A stretch of DNA of 64,000 nt. Origin: Bacilli bacterium (GTDB taxonomy: Bacteria > Bacillota_I > Bacilli_A > RFN20 > CAG-826). A program made the translations under genes and the position numbers. The stretch spans positions 22,676-86,675 of the forward strand of contig JAGCZS010000005.1 of NCBI GenBank assembly GCA_017959905.1, written 5' to 3'. Below are positions 8,349 through 19,300 of the stretch, in pieces (the stretch's first letter is position 1; the number at the start of each line of letters is the position of its first letter). The notes beneath the pieces were generated by a model. The model did not search any database. It was not told the DNA's origin and saw only the letters and a program-made list of their open reading frames with translations.

Positions 8349-10231
8349 TTTTTAATTCTTAAAATTGGTTCATTTTTAAACATATCTATATGGTTTATAA
8401 TAAAAGCCGCGTCCTTTTTGCTAACTTCAAATATTTTTTCGTCGTCAATAATATTAACAAATCTAAATTCTGGTAAACCTGACTGCTTATAACCTAATAA
8501 TTCACCAGAACCACGCAATCTTAAATCTTCACGAGCTATAAGAAAACCATCATTTGTGTTTTCTAATATTTTTAGTCGCTCATTTTTACTATTTTCATCA
8601 TCGCATACTAATAAACAAAAAGATTCTTCGCCGTTTCTCCCTATTCTACCTCGCAATTGATGCAAACTAGATAAACCAAAATTAATCGCGTCATAGATTA
8701 TCATAAGATTGGCTGTTGGAACGTCAATTCCTACCTCTATAATACTAGTTGAAATCATAATAGGAACTTTGTTGCTTAAAAAATTTTTTAAAGATTTCAC
8801 TTTATCATTATAATTCATTTTGCCGTGTAAAAACGTAACTTTTTTAGGATATTTAACTAAAAATTTATTAAAAAGATCTAAAACATTATCTTTGTTTTGG
8901 CTGTCAATCGCTGGCGCAATTATATAAATTTGTTTCTTATTGGCTATTGATTTTTCAATTAAACGATCAATTATGTCATCATTACTTTTAATAATTTTAG
9001 TAATAACTTTTTTTTCTTTAAATGGAAACTCTTTTAAAATTGTTATGTCAATATCACCATAAATAGTTAATGCCAGCGTTCTTGGAATAGGTGTTGCACT
9101 CATTAATAAAATATCTGCACTATTTCCTTTATGTATTAATTGATTACGCTGATCAACACCAAATCGTTGTTGTTCATCTATTACAATTAAACCTAATGAA
9201 TTATATTCTATTATTTTTGAAAAAACTGCGTGAGTGCCTATTAAAATATCTATTTTTTTATTAAAAATATCATTTTTAATTGTCATTTTTTGTTTGTTTG
9301 TCATTTTGCCTACCAATAAACCAATTTTAATTTTTGTATTTTTAAAAATTTTTTTTAAAGTTTCGTAATGTTGTTGTGCCAATGCGTCTGTAGGAGCCAT
9401 TAAACACCCCTGCTCTCCACGCAAGAAATTTCCATAAAGCGCAATTATCGAAACCAATGTTTTACCACTTCCGACGTCTCCTTGCAAAAGACGTAACATT
9501 ATTTTGTTTTTATTCATATCCGATAAAATTTCTTTAACGGCTTTTTGCTGAGAATTTGTCAAAAAAAACCCTATTTTTTTAACGAATTTTTCTATTTCTA
9601 AAAAAGATATTACTTTTTTTATATTTTTATGGTTATTTTTACTTAATAAAAATTTTGATAATGCATTTTTTACTGAAAAAATTAAACACTCCTCATACTT
9701 TAAATAACGTTCGACTAACAATATATCGTTATTATTATTAGGAAAATGAGCTTTTTTTAATATTTCTGACTTATTTGATAATTTATATTTTTTTTGAAAA
9801 AAATCTGGAATAATATTTTTTATTTTTTTTGTTGAAAAAACATATGCAATTATTTTACGAAAATATTCTTGGCTTAAACCGCTGGTTAATGAATATAAAG
9901 GAAATGGTTTTTTAATTTTTTCTTCGTCAAATAAAAAAATTTTTTTAAGATTTACAATTTTTTTATAACTATAAAATGTTCCAGTTAAAATATATTTTTT
10001 ATTTAAAAACAAAATATTTTTTAAATACGAATTATATGAGATAATTCTAAAAACATTTTTTTTATCGGTAATAAAATCAAAAAATATTGAACTTCTTGAT
10101 AATAATGTTGGCCTGGTTAGCAATCTACCATAAAAAACTATTTTTTCCTTGTCCGATAAATTATATTCTTTAGTTGATAATAATGATATATATTTAGGAA
10201 AATATAATAATATATCTCGATAGGTATACAA
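8345..10231 (-). CDS. recG: ATP-dependent DNA helicase RecG
   Basis: Motifs: Walker A LLQGDVGSGKT, VIDEQQRFG, MSATPIPRT, QLRGRIGRNG, plus the TRG-like C-terminus LRLRGSGELLGYKQSG. The track start is a TTG. The RecG-like N-terminus (KILNKLGLYTYRDILLYFPKYI) begins a few codons upstream, where there is no canonical start, so the true start is uncertain. Confidence 0.9.
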   Translation of the reverse strand: MYTYRDILLYFPKYISLLSTKEYNLSDKEKIVFYGRLLTRPTLLSRSSIFFDFITDKKNVFRIISYNSYLKNILFLNKKYILTGTFYSYKKIVNLKKIFLFDEEKIKKPFPLYSLTSGLSQEYFRKIIAYVFSTKKIKNIIPDFFQKKYKLSNKSEILKKAHFPNNNNDILLVERYLKYEECLIFSVKNALSKFLLSKNNHKNIKKVISFLEIEKFVKKIGFFLTNSQQKAVKEILSDMNKNKIMLRLLQGDVGSGKTLVSIIALYGNFLRGEQGCLMAPTDALAQQHYETLKKIFKNTKIKIGLLVGKMTNKQKMTIKNDIFNKKIDILIGTHAVFSKIIEYNSLGLIVIDEQQRFGVDQRNQLIHKGNSADILLMSATPIPRTLALTIYGDIDITILKEFPFKEKKVITKIIKSNDDIIDRLIEKSIANKKQIYIIAPAIDSQNKDNVLDLFNKFLVKYPKKVTFLHGKMNYNDKVKSLKNFLSNKVPIMISTSIIEVGIDVPTANLMIIYDAINFGLSSLHQLRGRIGRNGEESFCLLVCDDENSKNERLKILENTNDGFLIAREDLRLRGSGELLGYKQSGLPEFRFVNIIDDEKIFEVSKKDAAFIINHIDMFKNEPILRIKK

Positions 10232-10312
10232 ACCTAACTTATTTAAAATCTTTTTTTTCTTTTTTACTAGATTAATAATTTGTTTTTCTACTCAATAATA
10301 ATAACAATATTA

Positions 10313-10387
10313 TCTGAGCCATCTAATATAGCAATATTTTACCAGATGCAATAGTTTTTTTTGATTCGCGCAAAGAAAAGGTCATTC
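10313..10387 (-). repeat. Duplicated, truncated copy of the tuf 3' end (gene fragment)
   Basis: 10322..10387 (tctaatatagcaatattttaccagatgcaatagttttttttgattcgcgcaaagaaaaggtcattc) repeats 10425..10491 inside tuf with one indel. Weaker identity extends to about 10313/10416. On the minus strand it translates as MTFSLRESKKTIASGKILLY*, against the genuine MTFSLRESKKTIASGKITAILDG. Confidence 0.9.
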
Positions 10388-10396
10388 TTCCTTAAT

Positions 10397-11632
10397 TTAC
10401 ACCACAATTTCATTACCTGAACCGTCTAATATAGCAGTTATTTTACCAGATGCAATAGTTTTTTTTGATTCGCGCAAAGAAAAGGTCATTCCTTTTTCCA
10501 AGGCTATTGGGTAAATAAGTTTTACTGTTAATTCAACGGTCTCGCCAGGTTTAACAATTTCAACACCATCTGGAAAATTAAAATTACATGTAACATTAGC
10601 TGTTTTTAAAAATACCTGTGGCGAAAAATGGTTTGTAAAAGGATTAGCACGACCGCCTTCGTCGGCTGTTAAAACGTAAACTTCAGCTCTAAATTCATTA
10701 TAGGCTTTAATACTACCTTTTTTAGCCAATACCTGACCTTTCTGAACATCGTCTTTGCCTATCCCTCTTAATAAAGCGCCTATATTATCACCAGCTACAA
10801 CTGTCGGTTTTGCTTTTCTAAAACTTTCTAAACCAGTAACAGTAGTTTTTTGTGTAGGTTTAAAACCAACTATCTCAACTTCATCGTTAATCGAGCACTT
10901 ACCTCTTTCAACTTTTCCAGTAACAACTGTTCCTCGCCCAGCGATTGTAAACACATCTTCTATCGAAAGTAAAAATGGTTTTTCTATATCGCGAATAGGC
11001 GTTTCTATATATTTATCCATCATATTTAATAATGCGCCTATTTGCTGTTCTTCTGCTGTATCTTCATTATTTTTAAAAGTTTTTGTTGTTGCATCGTAAT
11101 TATTTAAAGAAGCTTCATACGATTTTAACGCTGAACAATGCATAATAGGAACATTTTCATAACCGTTTTGCTTTAAAAAAGCTACTATATCTTGTTCAAC
11201 CATTTCTAACAAAAATGGATCTTGAACAGTGTCACATTTGTTAAGAACTACTATAAGTTTTTTTACACCAGTCTGTTTAATTAATAAAACGTGTTCTTTT
11301 GTTTGTGGCATAATACCATCGCCAGCTGATATAACTAATAAAGCACAATCAACATCAAAAGACCCAGTAATCATATTTTTAACAAAATCTGCATGTCCAG
11401 GGCAATCAGTATGTGAATAATGCCTTCCGCCCCAAAAGTATTCAACTGTTGTACTATTGATTGTTATACCACGTGTTTTTTCTTCAGGTGCTTTATCAAT
11501 ATCGTTATATGCCATAACTTTAGTTTGCTTGTTGCCGTGTTTTGCACAATACATTGTCATAGCTGCTGTTAATGTTGTTTTACCGTGATCAACATGACCT
11601 ATTGTACATACATTAATATTTACTTCTTCCAT
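10397..11632 (-). CDS. tuf: Elongation factor Tu (unusually divergent)
   Basis: Motifs GHVDHGKTTLTAA, DCPGHADFVKNMITG, NKCD, SALK, domain 2 GRGTVVTGKVERG and domain 3 VYVLTADEGGR. AAGGAG SD sits just upstream. It holds the canonical position after fusA. Confidence 0.95.
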   Translation of the reverse strand: MEEVNINVCTIGHVDHGKTTLTAAMTMYCAKHGNKQTKVMAYNDIDKAPEEKTRGITINSTTVEYFWGGRHYSHTDCPGHADFVKNMITGSFDVDCALLVISAGDGIMPQTKEHVLLIKQTGVKKLIVVLNKCDTVQDPFLLEMVEQDIVAFLKQNGYENVPIMHCSALKSYEASLNNYDATTKTFKNNEDTAEEQQIGALLNMMDKYIETPIRDIEKPFLLSIEDVFTIAGRGTVVTGKVERGKCSINDEVEIVGFKPTQKTTVTGLESFRKAKPTVVAGDNIGALLRGIGKDDVQKGQVLAKKGSIKAYNEFRAEVYVLTADEGGRANPFTNHFSPQVFLKTANVTCNFNFPDGVEIVKPGETVELTVKLIYPIALEKGMTFSLRESKKTIASGKITAILDGSGNEIVV

Positions 11633-11741
11633 TGTTAACTCCTTTCTTTTTTTGATCTTTACTTTTCAACTTTACACTAATTTGCGCGGAAAAATTAAAT
11701 AATGATTCAACTTTTTATTATACGTTTTATATTTTAAAAAG

Positions 11742-13808
11742 TCAAATTTTTTTTATTTGTTCTTGAATGTTCTTAGGACATTCTTCATAATGGCTAAATT
11801 GCATCGAATAACTACCACGACCTTGCGTTAAACTACGCAGATCAGTAACATAGCCAAACATTTGTGCTAATGGAACATTTGCGCTAATAATTTTTGCATT
11901 TCCTCGCTGCGCTTCATCAAGTATTTGCCCGCGTCTACGTGATATATCGCCGATAATATCACCATAATATTGCTCTGGTATTGTTACTTCGATTTTCATT
12001 ATTGGTTCTAAAATAGTTGGCGAACATTTTTTTGCCGCCTCTCTTAGCGCCAAACTAGCAGCTATCTTATAAGCCGCTTCTGATGAATCAACTTCATGTG
12101 AAGAACCATTAAATAACGTGGCTTTAATGTCAATTATTGGATAACCGGCAATTAACCCGCGATTTAGCGCATCCGTTAAACCATTTTGAACTGGTTTTAT
12201 ATATTCACGTGGGACAGAACCACCAACAACATTATCAATAAACTCAAAACCTTTTCCAGGATTTGGCTCAAATTTGATCCAAACATGACCATATTGTCCT
12301 CTACCGCCTGATTGCCTAATATATTTTCCTTCACATTCAGCTGCCGTTTTAATCGTTTCTCTATATCCAACTTGCGGATTGCCGGCATTTACTTCAATGC
12401 CAAACTCTCTTTTTAATCTATCAAGAACAATTTCTAAATGTAATTCTCCTACACCAGCTAAAATTTTCTGGCCGCTTTCATTTGTAAACACTTTTAACGT
12501 TGGGTCTTCCTCGGCGAGTCTAGATAAAGCCATAGCCATTTTATCCTGATCGGATTTTAATAATGGTTCAATAGCTATTTCAATAACTGGTTTTGGAAAA
12601 ATTGTGTTTTCCAATAAAACATTAATTTTATCATCTGTTAAAGTATCTCCGGTAGTGGTATTTTTTAAACCAATAATAGCGCCTATATCACCAGCGCAAA
12701 GTTGATCTACTTCTTGTCGATGATTTGAATGCATTAAAACAATTCGAGCAATTCGCTCTTTTATTTTTTTATTATTATTTGTAACATAGCTACCATTTCG
12801 AAGTGTTCCAGAATATACACGAACATAAACTAATCTGCCAAAAGAATCAGAAGAAATTTTAAAAGCGATAGCGACTAGCGGATCATTTTTGTTTGGTTTA
12901 CATATATATTCTTCATCTTTATCTGTTTTTCCTATTATTGGTTTAATATCTAAAGGCGATGGCAAATAATCAATTATCGCATCCAATAATAGTTGGATAT
13001 TTTTATTTTTATATGCTGAAGCGCATAAAACAGGGAAAAATTCGCAATTTAAAACTCCCTTACGAATGGCTTTTTTGACTTCATCTATAGTAATTGTATC
13101 ACCTTGGTTATTGAGCAATTTCATCATTATCGTGTCATCAATCATTGCTAAATTTTCAAAAAGGGTTTTTCTTGCTTCACTTACTTTAATCTTCAAATCT
13201 TCTGGTATATCTTTTTCAATAGGATTTTCTCCATTATCATAAAAAAAAGCCTTTTCTCTAATAATGTCTATTGCTCCTAAAAATGTCGAAGATGATCCAA
13301 TAGGAATTTGAATAGCGGCAACATTTACTCCCAATCTTTTTTTTAAAGATTCAACACACATATCAAAATCAGCACCGATAGCGTCCATTTTATTAACTAA
13401 AACTATACGCGGAACTCTATATTTTTCAGCCTGTCTCCAAACCGTTTCGGTTTGCGGCTCAACACCGTTTTTACCATCTAAGACAGTCACGGCACCATCT
13501 AAAACTCGTAAAGATCTTTCAACTTCAACAGTAAAATCAACATGTCCAGGCGTATCGATAATATTTATTCGATATTCTTTCCAAAACGCAGTAGTAGCGG
13601 CTGACGTTATTGTTATGCCTCTTTCTTGCTCTTGAACCATCCAGTCCATTGTCGCTTTGCCATCATGGACCTCACCAATTTTATGAATTTTACCAGTAAA
13701 ATAAAGAATTCTTTCTGTAGTTGTTGTTTTACCGGCGTCAATATGTGCCATAATACCTATGTTACGCGTATGTAATAGATCGAAATTTTCTTTTGTATTT
13801 TCACTCAT
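11742..13808 (-). CDS. fusA: Elongation factor G
   Basis: [41 protein letters not shown] and NKMD, with a full five-domain length of 688 aa. Confidence 0.97.
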   Translation of the reverse strand: MSENTKENFDLLHTRNIGIMAHIDAGKTTTTERILYFTGKIHKIGEVHDGKATMDWMVQEQERGITITSAATTAFWKEYRINIIDTPGHVDFTVEVERSLRVLDGAVTVLDGKNGVEPQTETVWRQAEKYRVPRIVLVNKMDAIGADFDMCVESLKKRLGVNVAAIQIPIGSSSTFLGAIDIIREKAFFYDNGENPIEKDIPEDLKIKVSEARKTLFENLAMIDDTIMMKLLNNQGDTITIDEVKKAIRKGVLNCEFFPVLCASAYKNKNIQLLLDAIIDYLPSPLDIKPIIGKTDKDEEYICKPNKNDPLVAIAFKISSDSFGRLVYVRVYSGTLRNGSYVTNNNKKIKERIARIVLMHSNHRQEVDQLCAGDIGAIIGLKNTTTGDTLTDDKINVLLENTIFPKPVIEIAIEPLLKSDQDKMAMALSRLAEEDPTLKVFTNESGQKILAGVGELHLEIVLDRLKREFGIEVNAGNPQVGYRETIKTAAECEGKYIRQSGGRGQYGHVWIKFEPNPGKGFEFIDNVVGGSVPREYIKPVQNGLTDALNRGLIAGYPIIDIKATLFNGSSHEVDSSEAAYKIAASLALREAAKKCSPTILEPIMKIEVTIPEQYYGDIIGDISRRRGQILDEAQRGNAKIISANVPLAQMFGYVTDLRSLTQGRGSYSMQFSHYEECPKNIQEQIKKI

Positions 13809-13812
13809 GTTT

Positions 13813-14328
13813 TTACCAACGGTATCTAGCGTTTGCTTTATTAGCTTCCGCTATTTTATGCATTTCTTCTTTTTTCTTAACTGCTCTTCCTGTATTATTT
13901 GCCGCATCAATAATTTCATTAGCTAAAATATTACGCATCGAATATTTTCTTTTATCAATATTTACAAGTTTTGCTGGCAATTTAACTGATTTTTTGTTAT
14001 TTCTTGCTGAATAAACTATATTTTTTATACCTAAAACCATTGCTCTGTCTGGTTTTATTTCCAAAGGGATTTGATAATTAACAGCACCTATTCTTCTTGA
14101 ACGAACTTCCAAAGCAGGAGTCGCATTTTTTAAAGCTGTGGCAAAAACATCCGTTGCTTTTTTTCCGGTAACTTCCTCTACTATATTAAAAGCGCCATAA
14201 ACAATATCTTCAGCGATACTTTTTTTTCCTTGAATCATAACAATGCTGATTAGCTTTGAAATAATTCTTGAATTGTATTTTCTATCTAGTCGTTGTTTTT
14301 TATCGTGCTTTATTACTTTTTTTGCCAT
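13813..14328 (-). CDS. rpsG: 30S ribosomal protein S7
   Basis: ...[17 protein letters not shown]..., [16 protein letters not shown]-terminus [14 protein letters not shown]. About 15 aa longer than usual because of an internal insertion. Confidence 0.95.
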   Translation of the reverse strand: MAKKVIKHDKKQRLDRKYNSRIISKLISIVMIQGKKSIAEDIVYGAFNIVEEVTGKKATDVFATALKNATPALEVRSRRIGAVNYQIPLEIKPDRAMVLGIKNIVYSARNNKKSVKLPAKLVNIDKRKYSMRNILANEIIDAANNTGRAVKKKEEMHKIAEANKANARYRW

Positions 14329-14356
14329 TTATTTTATTTCCTTATTTTTTGACATT

Positions 14357-14764
14357 TTATTGGTTCTTTTTAGCCTTTTTTGTTCCATATTTGCTTCTAC
14401 TGCTTTTTCGATTCTCGACGCCAGCGCAATCTAAATGACCACGAACAATGTGATATTTCACACCAGGTAAATCTTTTACACGTCCTCCCCTAACTAAAAC
14501 CATAGAATGCTCCTGCAAATTATGTCCTTCTCCAGGTATATATGCAGTAATTTCGATGCCATTACTTAAGCGAACTTTAGATATTTTTCTTAAAGCTGAG
14601 TTTGGTTTTTTTGGGGTCATCGTTTTTACCAATAAACAAGTGCCTTTTTTTTGCGGCGAAATAATTTTTCGCTTCCAATCCTTCGCGATATGCAGCGCAG
14701 CCGATTTACTTCTTTTTACTATACGTTTTCTTCCTTTTCTGGACAATTGATTTATTGTTGGCAT
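14357..14764 (-). CDS. rpsL: 30S ribosomal protein S12
   Basis: MPTINQL..., [44 protein letters not shown]. Confidence 0.97.
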   Translation of the reverse strand: MPTINQLSRKGRKRIVKRSKSAALHIAKDWKRKIISPQKKGTCLLVKTMTPKKPNSALRKISKVRLSNGIEITAYIPGEGHNLQEHSMVLVRGGRVKDLPGVKYHIVRGHLDCAGVENRKSSRSKYGTKKAKKNQ

Positions 14765-14832
14765 TTACTATCCTTTTATTAACAACTTTTTTTTTATCTT
14801 AAAAAATAAAACAATATAAGATTAATATTACT

Positions 14833-16332
14833 ATGATATTAATCAAAAAACAACATTACATTAATTTTTTAAGATGTAACAAAGCATTTTTACACTCCTT
14901 ATTTAACAAACAAGATTCTTTATACCAAGAAAATGTTAAAAATGTTGACGAATTCGATTCGGCTAAAAATTTAGCATATCAATATTTTGATAATACATTT
15001 GATGCTTCAGGAAATAATATAAGCATTTCTATTGATGACCGGGTTAATTTAACAGAACAATTTATTCATAATGAAAAAATTAAAACAATATCAAATTGCG
15101 TTTTTTTATATAGAAACCTTTTTTGCAATATTGATATTATTCGCAAAAATAACGATAAAACATTTTCGATATACAAAATCAAATCGTGTACTGATATTAA
15201 AAAAAATATCGATCATTATTATGACGAAATATCTTTTCAAACATATATTTTGGAAAAAAATAATTTAAAAATTAAAGATGCCCACATAATTCACATTAAT
15301 AAAAACTATGTACGTAATGGAGAAATCGAAATAAAAAAATTATTTTTATGTACTGAATTATGTAAAAAAAACATCAATGAAAATATGAAAAAAATAGAAG
15401 AAAATATTTTTAAAATGATAGAAGTTCTACAAAAAAAAGATAAATATTATTATTGCGATAATAAAAACGACTGTTATGGAAATTGCGTTTTCTTTAATGT
15501 ATGTTACAACAATCTTCCGCAACAAAATATAACAGAAATTAATGGAATTAATAAACAACTAGTTAATAAATTTATTAAAAAAAATATAATAACTTTTTCC
15601 GACTTGAAAGAAAATGGAATTTCTTTTAAAGATTATCGAAAACAAATTCAGGTTGATACATGTTTAAGTAAAAAAAAATTCTTCGTTAATAAAACAAAAT
15701 TAAAAAATTTCTTAAAAACAATAACTTATCCTGCATATTATTTAGATTTTGAAACAATTAATGAAGCGATACCGCCTTTTAATGGAGCTAAACCATACGA
15801 ACAATTTCCTTTTCAATATTCTTTGCACATTGAAGAAAAAAAATTTGGCAAAATAACTCACAAAAATTTTTTAGGAAACAAAATCGATTGCTCTTACGAA
15901 CTAGCTAAAAAACTAATAAAAGATATACCAGAAAACGCTTGCATAATATCTTATAATGCCATTATTGAAAAAAACATAATTAAAAAATTATCACAAAAAT
16001 TCCCTGATTTGAAAAAAAAATTATTATCCTTAACAAACAATTTTGTTGATTTATTATATCCGTTTAAAAAAGGAATATATTACGACATTAAGCAAGGAAA
16101 ATCAAACTCTATCAAAGAAGTTTCAGCGGCTTTATGTCCGCAAACAAAACACAATTATCAAAAACTTGTTTTCGTACATAATGGTCTTGAAGCCTCTAAT
16201 ATGTTTAAAGATATGTTAAATTCATCAAAAGATGAAAAATATAAAAAAAGATCAGATATGTTAAAGTATTGTTCACTGGATACGCTTAACATGATAAAAA
16301 TAATAAAAATATTGCACAAAAAATCAATATAA
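14833..16332 (+). CDS. DUF2779-type protein: Cas4/RecB-like PD-(D/E)xK module with a Cys cluster plus a C-terminal DUF2779 domain
   Basis: 499 aa. YYLDFETINEAIPPFNGAKPYEQFPFQYSLHI is the hallmark DUF2779 segment as I remember it. The N-terminal half has C15 plus the CDNKNDCYGNCVFFNVC Cys cluster and NIDII...SIYKIKS in the nuclease-motif positions. Confidence 0.7.
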   Translation: MILIKKQHYINFLRCNKAFLHSLFNKQDSLYQENVKNVDEFDSAKNLAYQYFDNTFDASGNNISISIDDRVNLTEQFIHNEKIKTISNCVFLYRNLFCNIDIIRKNNDKTFSIYKIKSCTDIKKNIDHYYDEISFQTYILEKNNLKIKDAHIIHINKNYVRNGEIEIKKLFLCTELCKKNINENMKKIEENIFKMIEVLQKKDKYYYCDNKNDCYGNCVFFNVCYNNLPQQNITEINGINKQLVNKFIKKNIITFSDLKENGISFKDYRKQIQVDTCLSKKKFFVNKTKLKNFLKTITYPAYYLDFETINEAIPPFNGAKPYEQFPFQYSLHIEEKKFGKITHKNFLGNKIDCSYELAKKLIKDIPENACIISYNAIIEKNIIKKLSQKFPDLKKKLLSLTNNFVDLLYPFKKGIYYDIKQGKSNSIKEVSAALCPQTKHNYQKLVFVHNGLEASNMFKDMLNSSKDEKYKKRSDMLKYCSLDTLNMIKIIKILHKKSI

Positions 16333-16351
16333 TATTTTTTTAACAAAAAAA

Positions 16352-19300
16352 TTAAAAAATTTCTAGTTGTTTACTGATATTATCGTCATTAACAACATTT
16401 TTAAACGCACCAACATCTTTTAATTTTTGAATATGTTTTTTAATAACTTTTGTTCTTTCTTCAAAGTCTTTAATGCTAGTGAATTTTTTTATTTTTCTTA
16501 CTTCAATAATGTTTTCGGATATTGTATCACCTAATGAATCAATAACAATAAACGGCGGGATCAAACTATTACCATTAATAATAAAATTTTTTGATTGTGA
16601 CTTGTTAATATCTATGTTTTCGAACTTATAACCTCTTTCATACATTTCGCAGGCCATTTTTAATGTATCTATTATTGATAATTCTTTTACGGTTATATCT
16701 TTGTTTTTTCGTTTATTTTCTAATTCTTTTATTTTGCTTTTAATTTTTTCTATTCCGTTAATCATTGAATCGATATCGTATTGTTCACTACGCAACGAAA
16801 AGTAAACGGCGTAAAATACTAATGGGTAATAAATTTTAAAATAACCGACTCTAACAGCTTGTGTTACATATGCAACAGCGTGAGCGCGCGGAAATAAATA
16901 TTTAATTTTATTGCATGAATCAATATAAAAATCTGGAACTTTATATTCGCGCATTATTTTTGCTTGCTCTTTTTGTAAACCTTTTCCTTTTCGAATGTCT
17001 TCCATTATCTGAAAAGATATTTCATTAGTTAAGCCTTGCTTTATTAAAAAAATCATTATGTCATCACGACAACCTATTATTTCACTTAATGTTGCCTTAT
17101 TATCTTTTAATAATGATTCGGCATTATTATTCCAAACATCAGTTCCATGAGTTATTCCAGAAATAATTACTAAATCATTAAATGTTTTTGGTTTTGCCAC
17201 TTTTAAAACTTTTTGAACAAAATCTGTACCAAATTCAGGTAATCCTGCTGTGCCAGTTTGAACATTCAAAATATTTTTTTTTAAATGTAGTTCCTTACAT
17301 GTGGTAAAAAGTGATAAAACTCTTTTATCATTTAAAGGAATATTTATAAAATCAACTCCAGACAATTCGCCCATCATTTTTAACGCCAATGGATCAACAT
17401 GTCCTAATAAATCTAATTTCAAAACAGTATCATGTATTGTTGAAAATTCAAAATGAGTTATTTCCCAATTAGCATTTATATTATCCGCTGGATATTGTAT
17501 TGGTGTAAAATCATAAACTTCAAATTCTTTTGGAATTAATATTATTCCGCCTGGGTGTTGCCCAGTCGTTTTTTTAATGCCAACACACCTACTAGCTAAA
17601 TAATTTTTAAAATTCTTCGAAACATTATTAATTTCTAAATGTTTGCTCCTTACTAAAAAATCTTTTACACAATTGAATGCCATCTTATCTTTATATGTAT
17701 TAATTGTTCCTGCTCGAAAAACATGTTTATTGCCAAACTTTTCTTTTAAAAAATTATGCGCTTTCATTTGATAAGTATTAGCAAAATTTAAATCTATATC
17801 TGGAACTTTAGTGTTTTGCTCGTTTATGCCTAAAAATGTTTCAAAAGGAATGTTTTGACCATTATGAGACATATAATTACCACAATCGCATTTTTTTTCT
17901 GGCAAATCAATACCGGAAAGATATTCGCCGCCATTATACCACTCTATTTTGTTACATTTTTTACAGTAATAATGAGGAGACAACGGATTAACTTCGGTTA
18001 TATCAAGTAAATAAGCGACTAACGAAGACCCAACAGAACCTCTAGAACCAACAAAATAACCATCCCTATTTGCTTGATTTACAACTTCTTTTGCCAATAA
18101 GAAATTAACAGCATAACTATTTTTAGAACCTATAATTCTTGATATTTCCATTTCTAAGCGTTTTAAAATTTTATCCGGAATTTGACCGTTATATTTATAC
18201 ATTTTGTTAGCTTTTTCGTAAACTATTTTTTTTAAATTTTCGTCAGCGTTTTTTATATGTGGAACATACAATTTATTTTTAATTGGATAAATCTTCTCAC
18301 ACATATCTGCAATTTTATTAGTATTTTCAACAACTATTTCAAATGCTTTTTCTTTATCTAAAAAATTGAATGCTTCAAGCATTTCATCTGTCGTTAAAAA
18401 AAACTGATCGCCGCTCGTAGTATAAACATGATTTTCTATTACGCCACGCGGATTTGTACACAAAGGATGAGGCCTATGACCTATTCCATCGGTCGCGATA
18501 TAAACTTCCCTAAAAATTTTTTCTTCAGCGTTAATATAATGCACGTCGCCAGTAGCGCAAACCATTTTATTACATTCGTCAGCCACACGTATTATTTTTA
18601 ATAATATTTTTTTTATATCTTCTTCACTATAAAAAACAGGGGCGAATTGTGCTTTTCTTTTTCCATCTTTATTAGCCTTTAAAAATTTACATTTTGTTAA
18701 AAGCGGCTTATAACAACTTATTGGTTGAACTTCTATATAATCATAAAATTCCATCTTTTTTTTTAAAATATCTTCACCATATAAATAAGCTGTATTGAAT
18801 ATTTCCCCATTAAAACACGCCGAACCAATCAAAAAATTTTTTCTTAATTTTTGTATTTCATTAAAAGGTATTTTAGGAATATCGGAAGCATATTTTAAAT
18901 GACTTAAAGAAATTAAAAAAAATAAATCTTTTAGACCTTGACTATTTTTTGCTAACACAATCATATGATCGCTTGGAGCGTTCTTAATCATCGTTTCACT
19001 AATTTTTAAATTAGCTAAATCACTATGTATGACATTATTGTTAAATTCAGAAAAAATTTTATTTAATAATTCACACCAAATGTGTCCTAAAATTTCAGCA
19101 TCAAAATCAGCTCTATGTGCCTTTTTAATATCATAAATATCTATTTTTAATCTATTAGATAAAGCTTCTAAATTATGAAGTTTAGCGTCACTAAATAAAT
19201 ATCGAGAAATTGTTAAAGTGTCTATTATCGGGTTTGAAATATTTGGTAAACCGATCATTTTTAGCTCATGATTTAAAAACGATATATCAAAAATAGCGTT

